A model generated the notes under the pieces. The model was not told the origin of the DNA and did not search any database. It saw only the letters and a list, made by a program, of their open reading frames with translations. Shown here one piece after another: positions 47,086-59,000 of a DNA stretch of 64,000 bases. Numbering within the stretch: position 1 is the first letter of the stretch; every line of letters starts with the position of its first letter. The position numbers and the translations under genes are program-made. Origin of the DNA: Oikopleura dioica (lineage: Eukaryota > Animalia > Chordata); NCBI GenBank assembly GCA_907165135.1, contig OU015570.1, positions 1,757,929 through 1,821,928 of the forward strand, read 5' to 3'.

Positions 47086-47518
47086 TATATCTGTTAGAAA
47101 TTTCTATTTTCCCTACGCTTCGCTTCAAATAATGAGGGAGGAATATGTAGTGTTTATATACTGTATTGCGCTATGTATAAATTTGTCCTTTCCTATCAAT
47201 CAATCCTGACAGCTCAGCGCTAGCTGTTCTAGTGCTCATTATTTTCATTTTCGTGAACACCAAATTTTCGTGCTCGTGAACTCCAAATTTTCGTGTTCGT
47301 GAACTCGTAAAATCCGAGTTCACGGAATGAGTCCATGTGCACGAAACCTACTATAAAAAAGACTGCACCTCTTTTTACAATTCATTCTACTTTTCTTTTT
47401 TCTGGAATAAACATCTCAGATAAAGATCACTTTGTAGTGTATAATCACTACAATCACTTATGCCCTCGTCACTTGCTCTTACATTAAAATCGGCTTTACT
47501 TTGAAGTGAAATACAGTA

Positions 47519-47677
47519 CAGTGAAAACCCATTTTAAGGCCCCTTTTTGGATGACAGCGAATTTCAAAAGTGGCCTTAAAATGGATATTTTTTGCCTTTC
47601 GTCGGATGACAACAAATTTTCCCATATTTTTGGGACAAAAATGAATCATAAGGGCTTATAGGGGAAGGCCCGAGTCC
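47519..47677 (+). mobile_element. Left end of a pogo-like element (near-identical to 50362-50518), followed by further nested MITEs to ~49000
   Basis: TA CAGTGAAAACCCATTTTAAGGCC. Confidence 0.75.
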
Positions 47678-48447
47678 ATAGTGTTTCCATTTTTGCGGAC
47701 TAATTTTGTCCCAAGATTTCCAAAAAATGTCCGGAAAATTGGGTCACCTGAATAAAAACTATGTCCCACCAACTTGGTGGCACCAAGTATACTTTATTTT
47801 TTTTCGAGAAACTGACATTTCTCAGTCTAGAAACCTATTTGCCGCGATTTAAGCTTCTAGATTGCTGTCGTTTCTTTCTCATGCTTTCATTTTTCAAATT
47901 AAAATTACAAAAATGGGTAAACGAATACCTTTGAAGAAAAAAAGAGAGTTGCTGCTCCAAATGCAAAGAGGAGTCGGAAAAAATTTAAACAGGCTCAGTA
48001 TAAAGAGATTATGAAGGGAAAACAGCTGAGTGACACTTGGAAAGAACATTCGCTTTATTTTGGCAACAATGATCAGGTTGATGAAGACGAGGAGGAAGTG
48101 GGCGAGATAGAAGCACTCGAGGAACAATTGGAGAAAATGAATTTGAGGATTAACTTGATGCTCCTCTTCTTGAACCTCACCAACAATCTCATATAACTGT
48201 CGATTGATTCATTTTTTACAAAAAAAAAATGATTTTTGTGAATAAAATTTGAAAAATGTCCGGAAAAATGGACCATGGTCATTTTTTAGTGTCCCACTTA
48301 TGTTCCTTATAATCCGAAAAGTGTCCGGAAAAATGGACTCCGTAAAAATGGAAACAAATTGTAACTGTGAAAAGAAACTTTTGGATACACGACGTTTTCC
48401 TCAAACCGACGTTTTCCTCAACCGGCGTTCTCGTTAAACCGACGTTC

Positions 48448-48968
48448 TCCTAATGATCAGAACGTCGGTTTGATCAGAACGTCGGTTAAATTAAAACGTC
48501 GGTTTTCCCTAAAAATGCGTCGGCGCCTTGAATTTGGCTAAGAATCAATTTGGAAACCGACGTTTTCGTCAAACCGACGTTTTCATTATGTTTGGAAACT
48601 TAAATTGTGAAGAGTCAAAGTATAAAAATACTGAATATTTTCATTTAATGAACTAATACAACTAAAATATATCTTTTTAAAATGTATACAAGACCGATAA
48701 ATGTAAGAAAATCATTGTACTGCATAAATTATGTAATCTTATGTTTGTCCGATAAATCTTATAATTTTTTAAATAATTAATTTTCAATAGATAATCTCGT
48801 TTATTGCATTAATTTAATTAATTTATACTATCAATTTTCATTAAATTTTCAATCCAAAAAGAACCTATTCTCATTCGCTCTGATGGCCCCCGCATTTTTT
48901 AGGAAAACCGACGTTCTCATTAAACCGACGTTTTGATCAAACCGACGTTCTGATCATGAGGAGAACGT
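48448..48968. mobile_element. MITE with long TIRs built from AAACCGACGTT repeats
   Basis: 48448-48525 is the inverse of ~48890-48968. Confidence 0.65.
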
Positions 48969-50361
48969 AACTTTTTCTGGAGCGTCATCACTGATAACTA
49001 GGGGTCCACCGTGGAAAATTCAGTGAAATGGCCCCCTACAGATGACTCATCAGGGATTTAAGCATTTCTTATTGGCAGGATTTCTCATTAGGAAGTTTTC
49101 AATCTTATTTATATCTTTAATATAATGAGTTCGTGATTTATTTGCAGAAGCAAGTTGGCTTAACGTTTTCGGAAGAGAATTTCTATCACCAGAGCCTCAC
49201 ATTCGAAATTGCTTGAGCATTCTTTAAGCGTAGACAAATTTTTAAAGTTATTTTTATGGAAATCCTTGTCTTTCGTAAATACTCTAAACTTACATTAATC
49301 AATGTCTTTAATGAGTCAGTCTCACAAATTGTCGTGTTTATCTAAACAGTATTTGAAAAAATCTTTTGAAAATAAAGAACTTTTACAACTGAAATTGGCG
49401 ATTTTTTAAGGATGAAAAGTCTTTAAAAATTACTGCCGAGTAATCTCCGAATGACTTTTTTGCACAAAGTCAGGCAAACCTACGATGAGATTCTGGACGT
49501 CTTTTGAAATCTAGTTTTGTCGGGGGGATACTGAATAGCGCCGCCTTGCGCCGCCCTATGCCGCCGTCCGGTCCGGTTCAAACTGGGTCTCGTCTGACCA
49601 AATCATGTTCAATTTAAAGTGTACGGAAGAAGAGCGAGAGTTGAGCCCAGAAGTCAAAAATACGCATCCAGATTTTGTAAATTAGTGCACACGCGCACGC
49701 ACGCGCACGCGAAGATCAAGATTGCACATGCGTGCGTGATCATGCCCGTGCTCGAAAACATAGAAAATTCGGCGTTTTGATGAAATTTATGCCGTCAAAA
49801 ATTCTAGAGTCAATTAAAATGCATAAAATTTCCAACTTTCCTATATTTCAAAACAATTTTGACTTGGTTTTAGCGATAATTTTGACCGATTGAAAAAAAA
49901 AGCCAAAAATTGCTAAAATTTGGAACTCTGTTTGAGCCCCGCTAACCCCATGAGTAGGTTCTTTACTTAAAAATTCGGGCTGAAAAAACCTCCGATATTG
50001 CGGGTCTTCACCTTCCATTCTTACAGAGTGAACTCCGGGACACATTTTTATCAATTACGTCTTGAGCTAGGGTTCGCGATTAAAATTTTTTGGAGAAAAA
50101 AATAATAAGAGATCTTAAAAATGAAAATAACAATAATAAGTTAATATTTTTGGCTCCAGAAAAAACAAAATCGGTCTTCACCGGTGTCATTTGATGCTCG
50201 GGCACCTACGCAAAATCCAGAAAATATTTTTGAGCCAAAAGGAGCCATAGGAAATGGATAGCGTGACATTTCCCTTGCACAGCTCTTCAGGCAAGATATC
50301 ACAACGCGCTTCTAGACTCAAAGTGAAAGCGCTGCGGCGCCACGCACTTTTTAGTGTTATA

Positions 50362-51135
50362 CAGTGAATACCCATTTAAGGCCCCTTTTTGGATGACAGC
50401 GAATTTCAAAAGTGGCCTTAAAATGGATATTTTTTTCCTTTCGTCGGATGACAACAAATTTTCCCATATTTTTGGGACAAAAATGAATCATAAGGGCTTA
50501 TAGGGGAAGGCCCGAGTCTACCGCATGTTTCTATCGCCCGAACCAAGTATGATTCAAAATGTGTTCTTTAAATTGGACTCTTGATGATTCTTTCTTTCAT
50601 TCTTTCAAAAATATTTTTCTGCCAACAAATCAGAAAAATGGATCAAAAATCCCCATCGAAAATTTCATGCACTTGAACCCAGCAATCTTCAAGCGATCAT
50701 GGATCAACAAAGGACTACTTCAAAAGAATTATTTTCGAGAAGAAATCGAGCAGTTTGAAGATCTCGATGTTGCAGAAAATGTTCTGGACAAACAAGAATT
50801 AGTCGAGCATTTTCTGGCGTTTCAAATGGAAGAGCTACGACTCGGCGAGTCGTAGCTCCCCGCTTCAAATTGATGAAACACGTCCTTGGACTCCGATGGA
50901 GATGGAAGAAATGCTTCAAGTTCAAGTGACAAACAATGCTGACACTGAATTTTTAGCCATCGACTTCAAAATGGCCGAAGACACAGTCGATGATAACTAG
51001 CTTTTACAAGCGAAACTGTAACTTTCGGATTAAAAAAAAAGTGGCCTTAAAGTGGATTTTTTTAGGATGACAGATTTTGGAGACTTTCCGAAAAAGTGGC
51101 CTTAAAAGGGTGGGCCTTAAAATGGGTTTTCACTG
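50362..51135 (+). mobile_element. pogo-like deletion derivative retaining the DDE C-terminal region
   Basis: CAGTG..CACTG TIRs, TA TSD; LDDSFFHSFK..AIFKRSWINKGL. Confidence 0.82.
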
Positions 51136-52594
51136 TATTCCCGCTAGCGATCTTCCTTGCAAAAGACAGGCGCTGAGCCCATTTCTCAATCGTACGTGCG
51201 AGATGTTAACTCGCGCGGACTAGCCATTCACTCGTCCGGATGAAGCTCTCAGCCGCGCGCACCAAATGAAGCTATTTTCAAACGATCTACTATCTCACCC
51301 GCGCGACTGAATCTTCCAACTGCACCAACTAAACAGTCATCCGCACGGTAAACAATCTCATGCGCACAAACTAAAACACTAAAAAGTTTATTTCCTCTTT
51401 TTTGGACCCCAATTTTTAGGGTCAGTACACAAAAATTCTAACTTTTTTTTTCAAAAGCAAATCCTTTGAACTTTTTAGGGGTTATTAATATGCCTTTGTG
51501 GATAATAAAAACAAAATTAAATTCAAAATTCAAAAAAGGGTTGATGAGATAATCGGCTATGCTCACCCCGTATCATGCGCTCCGTGCGTGATCGCGCGCC
51601 ACGCGCTGCATTCAAAATATCGGCAAAATTCACTGTTTTTCGTAAATTTCGGACAGAAGCATGTGCTTTTCAAAATTTTTTAAAAAGGATTTGAAATAAG
51701 CTCGCCCTGCCGGTCATTCCAGTAGCATAATTTTTTTTGAAATCGGAATACAACCTGGTGAACACAAAAATCATCATCTTTGACCCTCTATATTTTTTCA
51801 ACCCTTTTGTTTTAGAGAGAGTTAAAAAAGCAAAAATACTTATTTAAATTATCTCAAAAACATATTAAAAAATGAAAATCATTGGGAAAGTATTTCGGGT
51901 ACTTAATTTTTGTGTACGGACCCTACCAATTATGTGGACATTTTCTTCATTTTAAAGGGTATTTGTGGGACATATTTTTAAGGAAAATGTTTCACTTTTG
52001 TGGTCATTTGTCCAGCTAAGAAAATTTATGAGGAATTTACAGGCTGTTTTTTAAAAATAAGGATGTTTTTTATAAAAAATTAATGGCCTTAACCGTGTCA
52101 TTCATTAAAAATAGTAAAAAAGGCAGAAAAAAGTCGTTTTGATGATGAAATTTTCCATTTTTCGAAATTTTTCAAGTCAAAAAAAAAAGAAGAGTCGCAA
52201 TTTTAGCATGGGAGATATGTACTACAAAAAGACGCTGGTGATATGATTCTAACACTTTGACAAAAACTAGACAAAAACTTCAAGGCGATTGAGTGATGTA
52301 TTGGATTGAATACTTTTTACAGGGCAAAGGTTTTCTTATATACGGCAAAAGTGTGTCAGGAGCGTCATATGGCGCAGTAGGTAAGTAGGTCAGTTGGAAA
52401 CTTTTCTAGGCTGGGCGTCATTCCGCATCGATGGTTTCCAAGGGCGATTCACAAACAAAGTCGATAACATAAAAAGGGGCAAAAGTAGGGCGCAGAAATA
52501 GGGCGAAATAAGGGGAAGGCAAATAAGGGCGATAAAACAAAGTTTTTCTTTGCGCGTGCTAGTATCGTATCATCTATCGTAAGTCGGCGGGTCT

Positions 52595-54592
52595 TCAAAG
52601 AGTTGATTCTGTTCTGTTTGAAAAATTGTCTGCTTGAAGAAGTTGGTTGGATTGTTGGCTTTCCTGGTGTTGGGGCTGTTGCTGTGGCTGTTGGTATTGT
52701 GGTTGGAGGACGATTCGGGGAGTAGCATTGCAGTCGGATTTTTTGCATCTGAAGATGATTCCAAGTATGATGATGACAACCACGAGGGTTGATACTCCTG
52801 TGAGCCAGCCCATTATTCGTGCTGTCCATCCGTGAACAAGGTTTTTGAGATGTTGGATCTCTTCTTTACCGCTTTCGTACATCAGGTCAAGAGTCGAGTT
52901 GAGTTTATGTCGTTCTTCCAGTGCCGAATTTATCATCATTCTGTGATTGTTCTGCTCATTTTCGAACTCTCGCAGTCGTTCTTCTTCGACGTTTGTCACG
53001 CGGATTTTTACGGGAGCAATGTAATTAATGCGAGTTGCTGTGGTTTCACTCTTCATTGCTGCGCTGATTTTCAGTATCACTGGTCCGCAGTTCAAGGCGC
53101 CGTTGAAGGGTGATTTTTTGAAGGAGTCGATTTTGCTGACCTCGATTACCGGGGCGTGGTGAAAGAAGGTCGTTCGGGAAGGTTGTCGCATTGAGACGAA
53201 TGCCATGTCATTTGTTTCGAAGAGGCCGCATTTCTGCGGGTCCAGTGGTGTCGAATTGCAGAATCTTGTTGAGTTTCTTGAGAGAACTTGCTCACCACAC
53301 TGCTCCGGCTGAAGTGAAGTACTGCTACATGCATACGTTGGTGAAAAACGCAGACATAACGCTGGGTTCATTGATAACACTTCTGAGGACGGCATTCTGA
53401 CGAGAAATTGCGGGATGTCAAGTCTTCTTCTTGTTGCTGCGTCCTGGAAATATCCCAGATTTATCACCTGGAATCTTTCCGCTTTCAGTTGAAGCCTGGG
53501 TATTCGGATGTGAAGATTGATGATGACTTCTTTGATCCTAAGCATTTGAGGTGTCGTCGCCGCCGCGTTCTCGGCTTGGTCGAAAGTGGTAATTCCTACG
53601 CCCATGTATCTCAGATCGGTGTCCCAGCGGGTGCAATGATAAGCAAAGCCGAGACAGAATTCATCTTTGACTTTCTCGTCATCAATTGTTTGCACGGCGA
53701 GGCAGTTGGCGCGAATTGTGTCGATGTAGGTTCCATACAAGGGGAGCCTATGGTTAGTTAGTGTCAGCAGGGATCGTACCATTTCTTTTCCATAATTTGA
53801 GCTGTAGGCTGCAAAATATTCGATTGTACTCTGCGGGTTGCCGTCGAGGACGTCTTTCTGCATAATTTGGTCACTAGATATCTCGATTCCTCCTCGCACA
53901 ATAATCGGGGATTGCGATTTCTTCAGTTGTTTTGCAAGTTCTCCAATCATTTCGGTGTTGAGTTCGAAGCTTTCGGAGAGTTCAGAAATCGCTCTTCGGC
54001 TGTCATCTATCTGAAATTGAAGCTCCTGATCGCGCTGCTTTGATTTCGCATCCACATATCCTGTATATGCGAGAGAGATGCCTGTTGCTGCTACTGTAAC
54101 TCCAGCGGCTGCGGCGACTCCGACGGCTCTCTTCTTCCTGCTTGGTTTTCGTTTGGCGGATTGAGTAGATCTCGCTGTTCGTTTCTTTAATGTATTAACT
54201 CGTCTCTGGTTTACCATTTCGTCAAGTTTTTCGGCGTAAGCATCTGTGAAGAGAAGATCAGCTCCGATCATGTCCAAAAGAATATCGTCGAAGACCCGGA
54301 AAGCCGTTTCACAATGTTCAGAGATGGTTTTCATTGAGTTGTCGCTAGGCTCGAGGTCGAAAAAATTCTTTTCTTTACCGATGATTCCGCTCTCCGGGTA
54401 TCCACAGTCAGCTTGCACGCTTTCTCTAAACTGGTGGTATGGGCTTGCAAACATAATCGGGATTTGTGTTGGTGCGCTTGCATCGAAAACGTAGATATCT
54501 TCTTTTTTGGAGAAGATGATGCCATTCTCTCTATCAAAGGTGAATAGTTCGGCGAAAGCTTGGGCGAGGATGAAAAGGATTTTTGTTTTCAT
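52595..54592 (-). CDS. env: Envelope glycoprotein, class I fusion type, 665 aa
   Basis: Signal peptide MKTKILFILAQAFA; furin site RKKR followed by Ala/Gly/Val-rich fusion peptide; heptad repeats; Cys-rich ectodomain; TM WLTGVSTLVVVIIILGIIF. Confidence 0.92.
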   Translation of the reverse strand: MKTKILFILAQAFAELFTFDRENGIIFSKKEDIYVFDASAPTQIPIMFASPYHQFRESVQADCGYPESGIIGKEKNFFDLEPSDNSMKTISEHCETAFRVFDDILLDMIGADLLFTDAYAEKLDEMVNQRRVNTLKKRTARSTQSAKRKPSRKKRAVGVAAAAGVTVAATGISLAYTGYVDAKSKQRDQELQFQIDDSRRAISELSESFELNTEMIGELAKQLKKSQSPIIVRGGIEISSDQIMQKDVLDGNPQSTIEYFAAYSSNYGKEMVRSLLTLTNHRLPLYGTYIDTIRANCLAVQTIDDEKVKDEFCLGFAYHCTRWDTDLRYMGVGITTFDQAENAAATTPQMLRIKEVIINLHIRIPRLQLKAERFQVINLGYFQDAATRRRLDIPQFLVRMPSSEVLSMNPALCLRFSPTYACSSTSLQPEQCGEQVLSRNSTRFCNSTPLDPQKCGLFETNDMAFVSMRQPSRTTFFHHAPVIEVSKIDSFKKSPFNGALNCGPVILKISAAMKSETTATRINYIAPVKIRVTNVEEERLREFENEQNNHRMMINSALEERHKLNSTLDLMYESGKEEIQHLKNLVHGWTARIMGWLTGVSTLVVVIIILGIIFRCKKSDCNATPRIVLQPQYQQPQQQPQHQESQQSNQLLQADNFSNRTESTL

Positions 54593-55029
54593 CGTCGATT
54601 TGTTGTTTCTCCGCGACGTCCAAATTTATGTTGCCTGTCGGCGCCTCTGAGCAATTTCTCGTCAGCAGGTGAGATCAGCTGCTTTCCAAATTTAGGCCAT
54701 CGGCAGGTCATCGGGTCATCTGATTCCCGGAGTCGCATCTCATCTGATCTGATTTAATTTCTCGCTTCCATGTGTTCCAGAAAATCGGTGTTAATTTCGT
54801 AAAGAGAGTCAGAAAAATTTTTGTCCGGACAAAATTTTTGGTTCTTTAAAACTCTGTAGATTCTTCATTATTAATGGCAACGGGTTATTTAACAGCTTGA
54901 TTTGTTCTTCTTGACGAGCTCTTCAATCTCCACTTCGCGGAATTTGTCTGGGATTGCTAGATTTCGTTCTATCGCCAAGGCTAAATTCAAATTTCTTCAT
55001 AATTACGAAGAAAAATTTCGGCGATTTCC

Positions 55030-56063
55030 ATTTTTTCTAGAATACGCATGAATCATTGACTTAATGTGTTCGACAATTTGGCGTGTCGTTTGTTTCTTTG
55101 CCTTTCGTTTGAGCATTTGCAATTGTCCACACAGCTTTTAGAACCAATTTTATGCCTTTCAGAAGAATATGTATATTGATATACATGCCGGACTGGGAAA
55201 TTGTGATCACAAGCAATTTTTTTCTCCATTTTTCTTCTAGAATCGTTGCCAATGACGTCATTGTCGTCAGCAACGGCCCAAAATGACAAGCTCTGCGAGT
55301 TCTTTCGTTTGAGCATTTGCAAATGTCAATTGAGCTTTTAGAACCAATTCTATGCACTTCGTAAGAATATGTATATTGATATACATGTCGAACTGGGAAA
55401 TTGTGATCACAAGCAATTTTTTCCTCCATTTTTCTTCTAGAATCGTTTCCAATTACGTCATTATTGTCAGCAACGGCCCAAAATGACGAGCTCTGCGAGT
55501 TCTTTCGTTTGAGCATTTGCAGTTGTCGATTGAGCTTTTAGAACCAATTCTATGCACTTCGTAAGAATATGTATATTGATATACATGTCGGATTTTTTCC
55601 TCCATTTTCCTTCTAGAATCGTTTCCAATTACGTCATTATCGACAGCAACGGCCCAAAATGACAAGCTCTGCGAGTTCTTTCGTTTGAGCATTTGCAGTT
55701 GTCCATTGAGCTTTTAGAACCAATTCTATGCACTTCGTAAGAATATGTATATTGATATACATGTCGAACTGGGAAATTGTGATCACAAGCAATTTTTTCC
55801 TCCATTTTTCTTCTAGAATCGTTTCCAATTACGTCATTATTGTCAGCAACGGCCCAAAATGACGAGCTCTGCGAGTTCTTTCGTTTGAGCATTTGCAGTT
55901 GTCGATTGAGCTTTTAGAACCAATTCTATGCACTTCGTAAGAATATGTATATTGATATACATGTCGGATTTTTCCTCCATTTTTCTTCTAGAATCGTTTC
56001 CAATCATGTCATTGTCGTCAGTAACGGCTCAAAATGACAAGCTCTGCGAGTTCTTTCATTTGA
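55030..56063. repeat. Tandem array of about 6 units of ~200 or ~176 bp between pol and env
   Basis: Recurring ttctagaatcgtttccaat..cagcaacggcccaaaatgac..atgtatattgatatacatgtcg; short units lack a ~26-bp segment. Confidence 0.92.
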
Positions 56064-56084
56064 GCTATTTGGCATTTTCCTGGT

Positions 56085-59000
56085 TTATGCGAAATGTTTG
56101 GGATCGACGATTATATTTCCTGTTTTTGTGCATTGAAAGAAGGGATACTTTTCGAGCGTTTTTCGGTTGACAATTTCGTAAATCTCCGTTTTCGTTTTGT
56201 TTGAAAGATCTTCATCCAAACCAAGATGTTTTGCAAGAATTTTTAGTTCAATGGCGGTGAGCTGGTTCATGTAGAGTTTTTGGTCGAGATTGAGCGCAGA
56301 AAATTCGAGAAGGTAGTTACCATCGCTGTCTTTCTTCCAATCCGGCCGATTCTCAGCGATCCACTCATGGATTTTGTCGATCTTTCTACTTTTTGAATTT
56401 CCTCTCATTGCTGCGATCGCTGTTATTCTCTTTTGAATTCCGTAATCCTTCATGAATTTGTCGATTGCTTTCTCTGTGAGGTCCGAGAAGTTTTGAACTA
56501 CAGGTGAGACCATGAGTCGTGGTTTAGGCTCAGGAGTATCGTTCTGGTTTAAAATTTGGACTATTTCCGTTTCTTCAGAGGATGCTGAAAGGGTTTCTTC
56601 GTTAGCGTCGTGAAAGATTGTCATCTCCGCAGATGATTCAGAGTTTTCATTATCCCCATTATCTGGTTCATCTTCAGTGTTCTCGGTTGTGGATTGAAGG
56701 GTAGTGTTTGTTATTGTGCCCGTGTCGGTTTCATTCAGTTGATTTGAGTTTTTCTCATCATCATCATTTTGACTTGCATTTTCTTCGTCACAACTGTCAT
56801 TCGGTGCCGTGTTTACTGTTGTGCTTCGAAGATTATATGTGGAAAAAACTGGTAAGCTGTAGGTTTTCCGTTTATTCTTTTTACTGTTTGCGTCTGTATC
56901 CGGTTGTGGTGGAGTATTTATCGGAGCATCGTCTTCTTCTCGACCGTAGAATCGCTTGAGATGGCTTACGTGCCGCGTTGAAGTCTGGTTAGTTCGCATA
57001 TTAAGAAGTTCGTAGCTGAGTCCTTGTTCGCGTTTGTTTGTTACTCTGAACGGGCCGACGAACTTCTGACTTCGTTCTTTTGGATCTTGGTTTTTGCACA
57101 GAACTAGATCTCCAATCTTGAACGTTTCGAACGAAATGCTGTCATCTCTTCTTTTTCGTGATTATTGAGAATACGATGTCTTACTTCCTCGAGATCTACT
57201 TGTTTCTTCAGCGGTTGAGTCTTGTAGCTATCCATAGGATTTTCCCCAACAAATCCAGTCTCGATTTCGAAAGGGGAGCACAACGTCACAGAATGCTTTG
57301 CGCTATTCATTTGATGAAGAATGAGCGGTAGATGATCGTCCCAATTTTCCATATCACATTGCATTTTTAGCCGAGATTTAATTGTTCGATTCCGATTCTC
57401 AACTTCTCCGTTTGTCTGTGGGTGATAGGCTGGGGAAAATTTTGTCTTTATTCCCCTATCTTCGCACCACTGTTTGAGAGCAGCAAACTCGCCGCCGTTG
57501 TCCATAAGCACAGTCTGTGGTAGGTTTGGGTTTCGTAACCAGTCAGATAGCGCGGCGTTGAGGACTTCTTTTGGATTTTTTGTTCGTAGTGCTTTGCCGT
57601 AAGTTTTTTTGCTAAATAAGTCTGTACTGACACAGACGTATCTGCTGTAATTGTCCGTTATTGGCAAAGGTCCAATAAGGTCGATCGCGAAATTTTCATA
57701 CGGCTGCGATGGCGGGTCAACTTTTCCAAGAGGCGGTATTATTGGGTTATTATTAGCTTTATACTTCTGACATTTCTCGCAGGATCTGATGTAGGTTGTA
57801 AGTTCGGCTTGTAAGTTTGAAATGAAGTATTTCCTCTTGATAGCTGCTAAAGTTTGGGCGATTCCCGGATGTCCGCATTTATCATGATATTCGTTGAATA
57901 TATCCCTGTGAAGTAGAGACGGAGGAATTACTTTGAAACCATCTTTGTGAACTCCAATCTCATCGTTTCTCCCAAGGCAGATATTATCTTTTTCCTTATA
58001 AAGACCGTCGAGTGCTGTTGATCTGTCGTTCGGCCATCTATCAATCAGCCAGTATTTCTTAACGTCACTGACGAAGGGATCCATTTCTTGCATAGCCTTC
58101 ATTTCTGTTGCCTTGATTACTGATACTGTTGGTTGTATTGAAGCTATTTGTCGGGACAAACAATCAGAGACGAGCATTTCTTTTGATCGTTTAAGAACTG
58201 TTTTGAAGTCGAAGTCCCCAATTTCAGCGAGCCATTTTGCAATTTTCGTCTTCCGGCTTTTGATTCGGTGAGCCCAATTCACACAGGAATTGTCGGTGAA
58301 CCAAAAGAATGAGCGACCGAGAAGGTAGTGACTCCATTTTTCCATTGCCTTTTTTCCAGCGAGCAGTTCTTTTTCGTTCGTATTGTAGTTTGCTTGGGCC
58401 TCATCAAATTTCTGTGATAGATATGCCACTGGGTGGAATTCTTCTTTTTCCCTTAGTCTATAAAGAAGAACGGCTCCAAGGCCTGTGTCGCTTGCGTCTG
58501 TTTCCATGGCAAATTGACCTTCGTTTGGTGAAGGAATCTTCAGTTTCTCCACTTTTGTTGCTATCTCATTCTTTAGATTTTCGAGGGCGTCCGCTGCGGC
58601 ATTCGTCCACTTGAATCCATTCTTGTATGCCAATGTTATAGCTGCGGATTTCGAAGCAAAATGTGGAATGAAGTTTCTGTGGTAGTTCAGGAGTCCAAAG
58701 ACACTTTGCGCTTCCTTCTTGTTTGATGGATGTTTTAGTTCCAGTACAGCATTGACTTTGCTTGGATTTGGTCTACGGAATCCATTTTCAATGACTGCTC
58801 CGCAGAATGTCACCTTTGTCTTCAGGAATTCTGTTTTAGAAGCTCGAATCTTTAGGTTATTTTGTCGTAGGGTCCTAAGAACTTTTCCCAAGGATCGAAT
58901 GTTATCGTCGAAAGATTTAGAGTGAACGCACAAGTCATCGAGATAAATCGCCAGTTCTGTAGCCGGTATGTGGTTGAAGATTTTGTCCATCATCATTTGA

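Larger units (their letters stand above)
40740..47452 (+). mobile_element. Nearly intact Ty3/gypsy element, family C copy C2
   Basis: 307-bp LTRs 40740-41046 and 47146-47452 with no difference seen, TSD ATCA, PBS TGGTGACTGAG at 41050, PPT GAGGGAGGAA at 47134. Confidence 0.97.

Noticed and set aside
55030-56063. CRISPR array or repeat-encoded protein
   Set aside because: No unique spacers or cas genes, eukaryotic context, and the repeat ORFs change frame and contain stops.
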